This document shows, piece by piece, positions 50,625 to 60,607 of a stretch of 64,000 nt of DNA. Position numbers and translations under genes: made by a program. This stretch comes from Candidatus Bathyarchaeota archaeon (GTDB taxonomy: Archaea > Thermoproteota > Bathyarchaeia > Bathyarchaeales > Bathycorpusculaceae): NCBI GenBank assembly GCA_963733095.1, contig CAVTBV010000013.1, positions 160,001 through 224,000 on the forward strand. Direction: 5' to 3'. Each line of letters begins with the position of its first letter. Position 1 is the stretch's first letter. The notes below the pieces were generated by a model. The model worked only from the letters and a program-made list of their open reading frames with translations, was not told the DNA's origin and searched no databases.

Positions 50625-51707
50625 GTGTCCTTAGCACAATGCAAAATGGAACTTCAGACCCTTCTAGAACGCCAGCTCAAAGAATGTAAAGTCGTTGTCT
50701 TGCCAGATTTTTTTCTTGACCGACTCATAAACCTTGATTGTGACGCCGCCGAGTTTTCAAAGTTAGTGACAGATGTGGTCAAACGGAAAGGCGGCAGCTT
50801 AGACGGGATTCGCCAAGCGGACCTGCTAGGAGGAAACGCAATAAACGTAGCCTCAGCCTTAGCCAGTTTAGGTGCCACGGTTACACCGATTGTCTGCACA
50901 AGCGAATTTGGCTTGCAACAAATCAAATACCGCCTCCAAAAAACATCCATCGATACTTCCCACATAAAAACTCTCGGTCAAGCCTCAATAACCACAGCCA
51001 TAGAATTCAAAAGCCAAAATGGGAAAACAAACGTTATGCTCCGCGATTTAGGTGCGTTGGTCGATTTTGGACCTGCAGACCTGGATGGCGACGATTTTGA
51101 GTTAATTGAGGATTCGGATTATGTGTGTCTTTTTAATTGGGCAGGAACTTTGAGGTTTGGCACCGAGATGGCTCAAGCTGTTTTTGAATGGACAAAACGA
51201 CTCGGCAAGGGTAAAACTTACTATGATACTGCTGATCCAACTCCCAATGCCAAGGAGATGCCCGAATTAATGGCTAAAGTTCTGATGACTCATAGAGTGG
51301 ATATTTTAAGTTTGAACGAGAATGAGGCAATAACGTACGCAAGCCTGCTCGATGAGAGCTTAATTGAAAAGAAAACGCGGCTGGGCTTTGCGGAGTTAGC
51401 TATGGAGGCTGCAAGAATTTTATCGGATAATTTATCTGCAAGAATCGATTTGCACACTACAGATTTCTCTGCAACATTAAAAGGTAAAAAGGAAGTTGTG
51501 GTTCCCGCCTTCAAAGTTAAGGTTTTACGTGCTACCGGCGCCGGTGATTCTTGGTGCGCAGGCAACCTCTTAGGCGACCACAACGGGCTTTCTGACGAAT
51601 GCCGCCTGACGCTTGCAAACGCGGTTGCCGCCTGCTACCTTTCAGACCCAGAAGGACAACATCCAACCAATCAAAAACTAGCCAATTTCCTAAGAACACT
51701 CAATTGA
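50625..51707 (+). CDS. PfkB/ribokinase-family carbohydrate kinase
   Basis: GGNAINVA, LNENEA, ATGAGDSW. Confidence 0.9.
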   Translation: MSLAQCKMELQTLLERQLKECKVVVLPDFFLDRLINLDCDAAEFSKLVTDVVKRKGGSLDGIRQADLLGGNAINVASALASLGATVTPIVCTSEFGLQQIKYRLQKTSIDTSHIKTLGQASITTAIEFKSQNGKTNVMLRDLGALVDFGPADLDGDDFELIEDSDYVCLFNWAGTLRFGTEMAQAVFEWTKRLGKGKTYYDTADPTPNAKEMPELMAKVLMTHRVDILSLNENEAITYASLLDESLIEKKTRLGFAELAMEAARILSDNLSARIDLHTTDFSATLKGKKEVVVPAFKVKVLRATGAGDSWCAGNLLGDHNGLSDECRLTLANAVAACYLSDPEGQHPTNQKLANFLRTLN

Positions 51708-51769
51708 CACTTGCCAAATTCTTTTTTAAGCTAACTAACACACTACCATGCAATAACAGGTACAGAATA

Positions 51770-53126
51770 ATGGGTAAACTGTTTGGAAGCTCAGGCGTCA
51801 GAGGACTGGCAAACGTAGACTTAACACCTAACTTAGCGTGCAAGGTTGCTTCAGCAGTTGTAACTCATGCCAAAGCAAAAAGAGCTGTGGTCGCGCGTGA
51901 TACGCGGGTTTCAGGGGGGCATGCTTGTGGATGCTTTGGTTTCAGGCTTGGTTTCATGTGGAGCCGATGTTTTGGTTTTGGGTATGGTGCCGACGCCTGT
52001 TTTGGCTTATGTGGCTAAAGCGTTGGGTGCTGATGTTGGTTTTATGCTAACGGCTTCCCATAATCCACCCCAGTACAATGGCATCAAAGTGTTCAAAGCC
52101 GATCTATCGTACACCGATGCAGACCAAGATGCTGTTGAAAAAATAGTGGCTGAAGAAACCTTTGCTTTTTCGGATTGGCAAACCCTCGGAAAAGCCTCAT
52201 CCGCAGATGCAAGTCAGATTTATTTGAATATGGTGCAACAAGCAGTTTGCTTACAGAAGCACTGGAAAGTTGTCGTAGATCCAGGATGCGGCGCAGCTTT
52301 CAATGTTGCTCCTCAAATGCTCAAAACCTTAGGTTGCAAGGTAACCGCTTTTAATGCGCAGCCAGACGGTTTTTTCCCAGCAAGAAAATCTGAACCCACC
52401 GCCGAATCCCTACAAGACCTCGCAAAAACAGTGAAAGCCCTCGGCGCCGACATCGGCATAGCCTTTGATGGTGACGCTGACCGAGTCGCATTCGTCGATG
52501 AAAACGGGGTTTTTGTGAATTTTGACCGATCTTTGGCGGCTTATGGTGCTTTGGCTTTGAAGCGAAATGGCGGCGGAACCGTCGTAACCAACGTGGAAGC
52601 ATCGATGTGTGTGGAAACGATGGCAAGAAAATATGGCGGCAAAGTTCTCCGAACCAAAGTAGGCGATATATACGTTTCCGAAGCCATCAAACGAGACGGC
52701 GCGGTTTTCGGCGGAGAACCATGCGGCGCTTGGGTGCACCCTCAACTCCACCTTTGCCCTGATGGGCCACTTTCTGCAGCCCTGTTCTTGGCGGCTTTGG
52801 AAGAAGAAGGCAAAAGCGTTTCTGGGTTCATGGGTGAAGTTCCCGAGTACATTACACTGCGGGAGAACATCGCCTGCAGAAATGAACAAAAATATAAAAT
52901 TGTTGAAAACCTCGAAGTTTCCCTAAAAGCCACGTTCCCAACATACACCGATTTCTCCAAGGTGGATGGCACACGATTAGCCCTAAAGAATGGCTGGCTC
53001 CTTGTTCGAGCATCAGGTACCGAACCTCTCGTCCGCCTAACAGTTGAAGGCGAATCAGTTGATTCGGCAAAAGATATAACCCAAAAGGCAACAGCACTAA
53101 TACACAAACAAACAGAGGCACAATGA
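51770..53126 (+). CDS. glmM: Phosphoglucosamine mutase/phosphomannomutase; +1 frameshift in G6 run 51914-51919
   Basis: MGKLFGSSGVRG...RDTRVSG joined to TASHNP, DGDADR, VRASGTEP. Confidence 0.88.
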
Positions 53127-53127
53127 C

Positions 53128-54408
53128 GTGAAAGCAGTTCTTTTAGCGGCGGGTGCGGGCGAAAGACTCATGCCCATAACAGCAACACGCCCAAAACACC
53201 TAATCAAAGTGGGCGGAAAACCGATTCTGCAGTTCTGTTTAGAAGCCGTTAAAAGAGCAGGAATAACTGAAACGATAATCGTCACCCATTACATGGGTGA
53301 ATCTATCCGCAGTTACTTTGGTGAAGGGAAAAAACTTGGTTTAAAGATCAATTATGTGGAGCAGAAAGAGATTTTGGGCACAGGAAACGCTGCTGAAGTA
53401 GCCGAACCCTATGTTGATGACGATTTCGTTTTGATTTATGGCGACTTACTTTTCGGTCAAGACGCAGTTAAAGACGTGTTAGCACAATTTAAGAAGAGAA
53501 AAACAGCCGCGGCCATGGCAGTAGTCCCAGTTGACCGACCAGAAAACTATGGCATAATCGAGCAAGACTCAGAAGGCAAAGTCAAACGCCTAGTTGAGAA
53601 ACCTTCGCCTGGAAAAGCACCTTCCAACCTGGCAAATGCAGGAATTTACGCTTTCTCAAAAGATGTCTTCAACAAAATCAAGCAGACCAAAGCCTCAGTC
53701 CGTGGAGAATGGGAACTCACCGACTCAATAACAATGCTCGCGGAGGAGGGCAAGACGGTTTTGGCAGCTCAGCTCTCGAAGGACGATTGGTTTGATGTGG
53801 GCAGGCCTTGGGATTTGCTTGATGCTAACAACTGGGCACTTAAACGTATGGATCACAAAGTTTTGGGCACAGTGGAGCAAGGTGCACACTTGATTGGTCC
53901 AGTTACTGTTTCAGAATCAGCTAGGGTCCGTTCCGGTGCTTACATCGAAGGACCTGTGTTCATCGACGAAGATGCCGATGTTGGTCCCAACTGCTATATT
54001 CGCTCTGGTACGAGTCTTGGTCAAAAAGTCCGCGTCGGAAACGCTTGCGAAATCAAAAACAGTATATTCATGGATGGCGCTCATGCGGGACATCTGTCTT
54101 ATGTTGGTGATAGCATCTTGGGTGAAAAATGTAACTTGGGCGCAGGGACGGTTATGGCTAACTTACGGTTTGATGATGGAAGGATCAAGATGACGGTTAA
54201 GGGCAGGGTTGTGGATACGGGAAGGCGGAAACTCGGTGCGGTTCTCGGGGACAACGTTAAGACGGGGGTTAAGTCATTGTTTATGCCCGGAGTGAAGGTT
54301 GGTGTTAACAGCTGGGTTGGGGCTAACTTTATGGTTGAACGAGACTTGCCAGCGGACTCAATTGCGTTGCTAAAGCAGAACAGCGAATTGAAGCAAAAAC
54401 AAAACTAA
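53128..54408 (+). CDS. glmU: Bifunctional sugar-1-phosphate nucleotidyltransferase/acetyltransferase (GlmU-like)
   Basis: LAAGAGERL...PK and hexapeptide repeats HLSYVGDS. Confidence 0.9.
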   Translation: MKAVLLAAGAGERLMPITATRPKHLIKVGGKPILQFCLEAVKRAGITETIIVTHYMGESIRSYFGEGKKLGLKINYVEQKEILGTGNAAEVAEPYVDDDFVLIYGDLLFGQDAVKDVLAQFKKRKTAAAMAVVPVDRPENYGIIEQDSEGKVKRLVEKPSPGKAPSNLANAGIYAFSKDVFNKIKQTKASVRGEWELTDSITMLAEEGKTVLAAQLSKDDWFDVGRPWDLLDANNWALKRMDHKVLGTVEQGAHLIGPVTVSESARVRSGAYIEGPVFIDEDADVGPNCYIRSGTSLGQKVRVGNACEIKNSIFMDGAHAGHLSYVGDSILGEKCNLGAGTVMANLRFDDGRIKMTVKGRVVDTGRRKLGAVLGDNVKTGVKSLFMPGVKVGVNSWVGANFMVERDLPADSIALLKQNSELKQKQN

Positions 54409-54478
54409 TTGTCTTTTGGGGTTTGTGCATTTCTGTTGTACTCGTAACTGTTGTATATTTAGTCTCAATAAACAATAA

Positions 54479-55750
54479 GTGGGGTTAAACCATGACCAAG
54501 AAGGTAATCCCTTGGAGACCTATAACCACCAAAAAAAGACATTCATACTATTAGTGATGCTATTAATAACGAGCTTATTCTTGGTCTTTCAAGTTAACCT
54601 TCCAAACAACCACGTTATAGCTTCGGGCGATATGGGCACACAAGTAGACGGAACAATAACCAGCGACACGACATGGAAAGCCGCAGACAGCCCCTACATT
54701 ATAACAAGTACAATAATAATCCCTGAAGACGTCAACCTGACAATCGAGCCAGGCGTAACAGTCACCGCTGAGTCCTCAGTAACCACAATGTTCCTAATCA
54801 ACGGAGCCATCACCGCCCACGGCAACCCAACAAATAAAATAACTTTTGATGGAAATGGCAACGCAACCTTCTTTAAAACAAACCACCTTGTATCTGAAGG
54901 ATTCGTAGACTTGGACTACTGCATCATAAAGAATGGGCAGAGTGCTTTTTGGTTCGACAACACTGGCTCTTTTAACCTGACCAACTCAGATTTAAGTGAC
55001 CTATCACAAGAATCCTATTTATGGTACCCATCTCAAGATACATACATTGAATTTAATACTTTCACGAATACTTCCGGCCTAAAAATAGCAACAGGTGATT
55101 ATTCTTCAAATTCTTCCGGAGTAGTTTATGTAAAATACAACCTTTTCATCAACAACCAAGGATACATAATTGACAACTTTGCAAGCTACGGATTAAGCAA
55201 AGCATACGTGAACAATAATTCTTTCATTGACACTTCTGGAATAATCTTAGAAGTAGAAAAAACTATGACCACGGCAGATATGGATGCTTCCCAAAACTAC
55301 TGGGGAACTACCGACACATCCGTTATTGATTCGATGATTTATGACAAAAATGATGATGCTTCTTGTTCAAGTTACATCAACTACTTACCATTGCTCGATA
55401 CACCTGACCCAGAAGTCCCGGTTGCGCCAACGCCTACACCATCTCCTACGCCAATTTCCACAAGCACACCTGAACCTACGCCTAACAATAGCCCCGACCC
55501 ATCCTCAAATCCATCAACTCCCAGCCCAACACCAACGACTACACCTACTACATCGCCTAATTCCCTAACTTCAGATCCATCATCCAACCCAACCACCAAT
55601 CCCAGCACAGCAGCCTACCAAGGCACAAATCCATCAGCCACACCCACTATTCCCGAGTTTTCGCCCATAGCAGTATTGTTGATTTTGATTGTTGCTGGGT
55701 CGGCAATTGGAATAACATTGCGCAAAAAGATCGCTAAATTTTCTCTTTAA
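54479..55750 (+). CDS. Secreted beta-helix protein with Pro/Thr/Ser linker and PEF-CTERM-like anchor
   Basis: LTIEPGVTV, DASQNYWG, IPEFS-TM-RKK. Confidence 0.82.
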   Translation: MGLNHDQEGNPLETYNHQKKTFILLVMLLITSLFLVFQVNLPNNHVIASGDMGTQVDGTITSDTTWKAADSPYIITSTIIIPEDVNLTIEPGVTVTAESSVTTMFLINGAITAHGNPTNKITFDGNGNATFFKTNHLVSEGFVDLDYCIIKNGQSAFWFDNTGSFNLTNSDLSDLSQESYLWYPSQDTYIEFNTFTNTSGLKIATGDYSSNSSGVVYVKYNLFINNQGYIIDNFASYGLSKAYVNNNSFIDTSGIILEVEKTMTTADMDASQNYWGTTDTSVIDSMIYDKNDDASCSSYINYLPLLDTPDPEVPVAPTPTPSPTPISTSTPEPTPNNSPDPSSNPSTPSPTPTTTPTTSPNSLTSDPSSNPTTNPSTAAYQGTNPSATPTIPEFSPIAVLLILIVAGSAIGITLRKKIAKFSL

Positions 55751-55786
55751 ACAGCAGGAATTAAGTTATCCACATGTATTAGTGCC

Positions 55787-56380
55787 TAAGCTAAGTAGGG
55801 AATTTATGCGCTTTGTTCGTTTCATGTATTCAATGTAACTGTTGCCCAATTCGTTTATGAGGACTTTTTCTTCGACAAATATCCTTAACCATAGACTAAG
55901 ACAAAGATTGCAACTTCTACAAGTGCTGCTGCCCAAGACTGAACTGCCAACCCCATCCCAAAGATAAAAACCAGAACACCCGGTGTACGACGGATGCCTT
56001 ATTAATCGGTAGGGTCCCGACTACACGACTTTATGTTCTGCTTGAACCCCTATTATGCCGGAGAAGCATCTGCCAAGCACAGCGATTGCCCATTGCCTAA
56101 CCCCAATTCCCATAACCTTGGCTGCGATGCCAATATAGTCCATCCAGTCAGGTAACAGAGCAAAACCTGCCTTGGCAAAGACTACAGGGAAAGCTAAAAC
56201 TGCGATCCAAGAAATGAATACAATTGTGTTTGAGCCTATATTTCTCCGTTGCACCCTCGCACCGCTTCGTTTTATCCATGGAATAATGACTCCTCCAATT
56301 TATTCGCACACAAAAAAAGCGACCAAAGTAATCACAAACCCTGCAGCAGTATAGTCTGAAGTGAAGATGATTGAAGGCAT
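55787..56380 (-). pseudogene. Isoprenylcysteine carboxyl methyltransferase (ICMT/PEMT) family pseudogene
   Basis: RQWAIAVLG...HKVV*SGPYRLIRHPSY; contains stops and frameshifts. Confidence 0.75.
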
Positions 56381-56674
56381 GTTATCAAATGTATGACAAG
56401 AAACCAGACCTTTATTAATATCTACTAAAATTCCGCGTTCAAAAGCCTAAAATGTTCGAGAAAACAACGAAAAAGACCTAAATTCCGTACCCAGAGGTCG
56501 AAGGGAGCGTCTAATCGCCCTCTTTTTTGGTTCCATTTAAATCAAAGATAAATAGCCAATTCCACCGATTGAGCTAATGCTTGTTTTCATCTTTCATTAC
56601 CACTTAACTCTATGAAGGTATTCCCTCAAGAACTCCGATTGCAGTTAAGAAATAGAAAAATCCTCAATGTTGGT

Positions 56675-56743
56675 ACACCTCAGGTAGCGAGTATTCCTCC
56701 CTATAGGGTACCCCCCCTTGCACCCAAGGACTCTGTTTTTGCA
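56675..56743 (+). repeat. ~72-bp dispersed repeat, copy 1
   Basis: ACACCTCAGGTAGCGAGTA...AAGGACTCTGTTTTTGCA. Confidence 0.9.
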
Positions 56744-56856
56744 CCTTAAGAACGCTTCAAAAGAAATATGGACCGTTGAAAGCTTATTTCTAGTTTGCGA
56801 CATGAACTTCAAAGTTTAAAAGAAAGCCCGCTTTTCTACTAATAGGTGATTTTAAT

Positions 56857-57174
56857 TTGGTTTTAATCAGGAAAGCTACTTTCCATTTTAAAAAAGGAAA
56901 ACGTGAAGAGGGTTTCGCAGAGTTAGACCTAATACTTAACAAAGAGGCGCGAAATGCAAAAGGTTTCCGAGGTTTTGTTTCAATGCTCTCAAAAGATTCA
57001 GAAAATGAAGCATTAATCATGACGTTTTGGGAAGATGAATTGGCACTCACCATGTCAGAAGGTCAAATTCTATCACCTGCGATTAGGAAGGTCTTGAATA
57101 CATTAGAAAAAGAACCTAATGTGGAACATTTCAAGCTATACTCAACAGAAATGTATACACGAAGAGCACCCTGA
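56857..57174 (+). CDS. ABM (antibiotic biosynthesis monooxygenase) domain protein
   Basis: KGFRGF...LIMTFWE. Confidence 0.8.
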   Translation: MVLIRKATFHFKKGKREEGFAELDLILNKEARNAKGFRGFVSMLSKDSENEALIMTFWEDELALTMSEGQILSPAIRKVLNTLEKEPNVEHFKLYSTEMYTRRAP

Positions 57175-57249
57175 AAAAACTTGTTTCCCACCCCAACTAA
57201 GAATAGTGTTCTAGGAAAATAGTTGCATTCACCTTCAGACGAGTTTAAA

Positions 57250-57321
57250 GCAAAAACACCTCAGGTAGCGAGTACATCTCCCTGAAAATACCCCTCTCCC
57301 AAGCAAGAAGTCTGTCTTGCA
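57250..57321 (+). repeat. ~72-bp dispersed repeat, copy 2
   Basis: GCAAAAACACCTCAGGTAGCGAGTA...CAAGCAAGAAGTCTGTCTTGCA. Confidence 0.9.
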
Positions 57322-57369
57322 ATAAACAAGATATTTAAGATGAAATTTGCTATTAGGCGATTGTTAACC

Positions 57370-57921
57370 TTAGTTTAGTTCGTTTATGTTTGTGTCTTTA
57401 AGGCTAAATTCTATATGGTAAGTTTGATCTTCGAAAGCTGTAGTATAGACAATTCTAAGGGGCCACAAAATAACTTTGTCAATGTAGTAGGTTGCGTTTA
57501 TTGCTTGGTTGGTGTAATCGTAGGCTATGCACTCTCGGGTTCCAATGCTTCTCAAGGTTATTTTCGTGTTGTAGGTTCCTGCAAGAGTTTCACCTTTAGG
57601 CTGAAAGGTAATGTTTGTTTTATTGACCCATAAAGTAGTTTGGTCGGTTAATGTTGGCGCAAAAGATGTGACAATTGATGAGTTAGTTTGGATTTGCACA
57701 TGGGTGGCGTTTAAGTCAGTAACTTGCATTGTTTCATTTATGCTAACTGGTATTGAAAGGGCGTCTATTTGGCCTTCGTAATTCGCGTAAGCCCCTTTAA
57801 ACATCCAAGACTCAGCCATATTTTGCTGGATACTATCTATAAATTGGCATCCGATAATCAAAACTAATGATGAAATGGCTAAAACAATAATGAACCCGAC
57901 AATTATCCAACTCTTTCCCAT
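57370..57921 (-). CDS. Secreted/membrane-anchored hypothetical protein
   Basis: N-terminal TM, WMFKGAYANY, LKDTNI. Confidence 0.75.
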   Translation of the reverse strand: MGKSWIIVGFIIVLAISSLVLIIGCQFIDSIQQNMAESWMFKGAYANYEGQIDALSIPVSINETMQVTDLNATHVQIQTNSSIVTSFAPTLTDQTTLWVNKTNITFQPKGETLAGTYNTKITLRSIGTRECIAYDYTNQAINATYYIDKVILWPLRIVYTTAFEDQTYHIEFSLKDTNINELN

Positions 57922-58076
57922 GCTTAGCTACAGAATGTATTGCGATAAAAGGATTATTATTTTTGATGATTTTCAGCTGTTAATTTATTGTAACAGACCT
58001 TTTAAAAGGAATTACTGGAATTACCCTATGTCTGCACAAGAGTAATCAGAAAGCACTAAAGACAAGCTTTAATCTG

Positions 58077-58250
58077 CTACCGCTGTTGTTTCCTTAGCAA
58101 ACCTCTATACCTTGCAGAACACCGCAAACATCTTTTCTGGTCAGCTGGGATTTTACTCCATTCAGGAGTTTTAGAACGCGCCTTAAGTGCTCTCTTGCAA
58201 TCACAACAATAATACTTTACTGCTTTTTCTCTAATCCCAAAAACCTGCAA
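58077..58250 (-). CDS. 57-aa zinc-finger-like microprotein (not in ORF track)
   Basis: GGAGA SD, TTG start; MQVFGIREKAVKYYCCDCKRALK...KRCLRCSARYRG. Confidence 0.6.
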   Translation of the reverse strand: MQVFGIREKAVKYYCCDCKRALKARSKTPEWSKIPADQKRCLRCSARYRGLLRKQQR

Positions 58251-58311
58251 GTATACATCTCCATGCGAATATTTTTCAATTTAGCTACCTTATTTATTAA
58301 TAATTGTCGGG

Positions 58312-58383
58312 GCAAAAACACCTCAGGTAGCGAGTACGCCTCCCTTTAGGGCACTCTCGTTTCAAGCAAGGACTGTTTTTGCA
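58312..58383 (+). repeat. ~72-bp dispersed repeat, copy 3
   Basis: GCAAAAACACCTCAGGTAGCGAGTA...CAAGCAAGGACTGTTTTTGCA. Confidence 0.9.
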
Positions 58384-58401
58384 AAACCATAGAATAATAT
58401 G

Positions 58402-58848
58402 TTATGAATCCGTCTTTTTGGAAGTTGGCAGTTTAAGAACATGTACACTTACACCCACTGCAACAGCTAGCATTGCAATCTGAATTGGGAAAACAAGATT
58501 TGAAGGCAAAAGACGTCCTAGGAAGAATACCATTGAGGTGCCGATTGTAATCCACAGAACTGATAGAGTTGTTATCTTTGTTTTAAGTCCTAACCCTTTG
58601 CTTTCTTTGTAGTTTCTTATATAGCTTCCAAACCATCGATTGTTCAGTAACCAAGAATACATTCTATCAGAGCTTTTGCAGAAACAAGCAGCAGTAGCCA
58701 GAAGAAAAGGCGTAGTCGGCAATATCGGCAACACTATACCTAAAACCCCAAAACTCAAACAAATCAAACCAGCAACCAACCATAAACCTCTGACAAGCTT
58801 ATGCTTATTCCTCTTTGATTGCATAGTCTGGATTAAACCACTGTTCAT
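58402..58848 (-). CDS. YbaN/DUF454 family membrane protein
   Basis: LGIVLPILPTTPFLLA...SSDR...WLL...FG. Confidence 0.9.
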   Translation of the reverse strand: MNSGLIQTMQSKRNKHKLVRGLWLVAGLICLSFGVLGIVLPILPTTPFLLATAACFCKSSDRMYSWLLNNRWFGSYIRNYKESKGLGLKTKITTLSVLWITIGTSMVFFLGRLLPSNLVFPIQIAMLAVAVGVSVHVLKLPTSKKTDS

Positions 58849-58870
58849 AAATAAAAATGATGATGTGCCG

Positions 58871-58913
58871 ACAAAAAGATTCTCCTCTCACACCTAAGGA
58901 CTCTGTTTTTGCA
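58871..58913 (+). repeat. Dispersed repeat, partial copy 4 (right half)
   Basis: CACCTAAGGACTCTGTTTTTGCA. Confidence 0.75.
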
Positions 58914-59036
58914 TTACAAGCTGTTATCGCAAAATTAAGAAAGTAGCATCGCCCCGATACTTGTAGAGAATTGTTGGAAGCGAGCAACCACAAGGGTTGC
59001 CGCCGACTGATTATCTAAATCCCATTTCATAAATAG

Positions 59037-59591
59037 CTAAAACAAATGCTCAATTAAAATCCGTAACCCAATCAAAATCAATATTATGCCGCCTAGAATT
59101 TTTACGCGACTGCCAAAAAGCTTACCTATAGTGCAACCGAAAAAGAAGCCAATAATCGTGAGCCCAAAAGTTATACCCCCGATTATGAGTATAGGTTTAA
59201 GAATAGATGTTTGAAGAAAAGCAAAACTCAAACCAACCATGAGAGCATCGATACTCGTTGCAACAGCCAAAGTCAAAACAGAACTTAGTTTTACGGTTTC
59301 CTCTTGTTTTCCGTTATCTTTCTTTGCAGCGTCATAAATCATTTTAGTGCCAATGAGAGTTAGAAGCCCAAACGCAATCCAATGGTCAACGCCCATTATA
59401 ATATCTTTCAATCTAAGACCAGCAAACCAACCTATCACGGGCATTAACATCTGAAAGCCGCCAAAGAAAGATGCAAGTATTAGTGCAGTTTTTCGCCTGC
59501 TATAGGTTACAGTAATTCCCTTCGCTATAGAAACTGCAAAGGCATCCATAGCTAACCCGACTGCAATAAGGACAATAGTGAGTAAATCCAT
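59037..59591 (-). CDS. mntP: Manganese efflux pump MntP family
   Basis: GLAMDAFAVS, FQMLMP, ATSIDAL. Confidence 0.92.
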   Translation of the reverse strand: MDLLTIVLIAVGLAMDAFAVSIAKGITVTYSRRKTALILASFFGGFQMLMPVIGWFAGLRLKDIIMGVDHWIAFGLLTLIGTKMIYDAAKKDNGKQEETVKLSSVLTLAVATSIDALMVGLSFAFLQTSILKPILIIGGITFGLTIIGFFFGCTIGKLFGSRVKILGGIILILIGLRILIEHLF

Positions 59592-60062
59592 TAATCTGCC
59601 ACTTTTTAACTTGAGCCGCTATTTAGATTATAAGAAAAATAAAGGTATTGTGCTCGGTAGGTAAATATTTTTTCGCATATGCCAAGGGCCTTTCATTCTA
59701 AAAACTTATTACTAAAACCATACAATAGTTGATATCAGTAATTTAGTCCCAGAAAAATTACTTTGCCCTAAGGCGGGAACTTTGAATAGCTAACTTAGCC
59801 AACCGACAAATCACAAACATAGCCTTACCTTTTCACCATTGTCTGCATTAATTTAAATCAACTTTCAAAAGTCCAACAGCATTATTAAGGTTTTGTAGAC
59901 TTGGCTCCAACAAGAGAATTGAGACATTTTTGCCGATTTCAAATGAAAAGACACCCAAAACTAATTGATCATAGTAATAGTTGATGTGTCCTTTTCCCTG
60001 AATTTACCGTTAGGAAGTTATCCATAACTAAAAGGGTGGATTAAAAATTAATTTAAAAAAAT

Positions 60063-60275
60063 CTATGGCTTTGAAACAGTCAAGTAGTTGTGGGTCATTT
60101 TGCATGACAGTGCTCTTTTTCTTACAAATTGTGCAATTGCGAAACGGTCATAATCGCCTCTAATCTGCAATTGATATCCTTCTGGTTCATTGTGTTCAAT
60201 AAGAACTAATCGGGGATTGACAAGATTGTTAGATCCTAATTCATTTAATAAAACTGTTGCCTCTTCCTTTTTCAT
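60063..60275 (-). CDS. Small hypothetical protein
   Basis: MKKEEATVLLNEL...YQLQIRG...LTVSKP. Confidence 0.6.
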   Translation of the reverse strand: MKKEEATVLLNELGSNNLVNPRLVLIEHNEPEGYQLQIRGDYDRFAIAQFVRKRALSCKMTHNYLTVSKP

Positions 60276-60607
60276 GTGCTTTTCCACCACGTCGACTATG
60301 CGCCGTACAAGATTAAGATTATGCGGTTGAATCAAAAAAACTAACGAATTGATTCTCAACTCGAATTGGAGGAAAAAAATTCACAGTGAAGTTAAATGTC
60401 CATCGTTCAGTTGGATTGAATGAGTTGGTTATTTGTGATGGCAGCCGTTTTGGCAAACTAATCCGAACAATAAAGGAAAAATGGAAAGTACCGAGAAATT
60501 GTAAAGCTAAACTGGAGACTTAAAATCCCTTGAGCTTTTTGTACACATTTTGTAAAGGTTGAAATGTTTTTTCAGTGTAGCTTTTAAGCATGTTCCGTTA
60601 ACTAACA

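Noticed and set aside
51914-51919. Phase variation of glmM at a G6 run
   Set aside because: A short homopolymer in a housekeeping gene; a sequencing indel is more parsimonious.
56675-58913. CRISPR array or canonical integron attC array
   Set aside because: Spacing is 0.5-1 kb and filled with genes. No cas or intI gene is in the window, RYYYAAC/GTTRRRY and L-box complementarity are not satisfied, and gene orientations are mixed.
59592-59760. yybP-ykoY Mn riboswitch upstream of mntP
   Set aside because: AT-rich sequence with no recognisable riboswitch motifs or stems.
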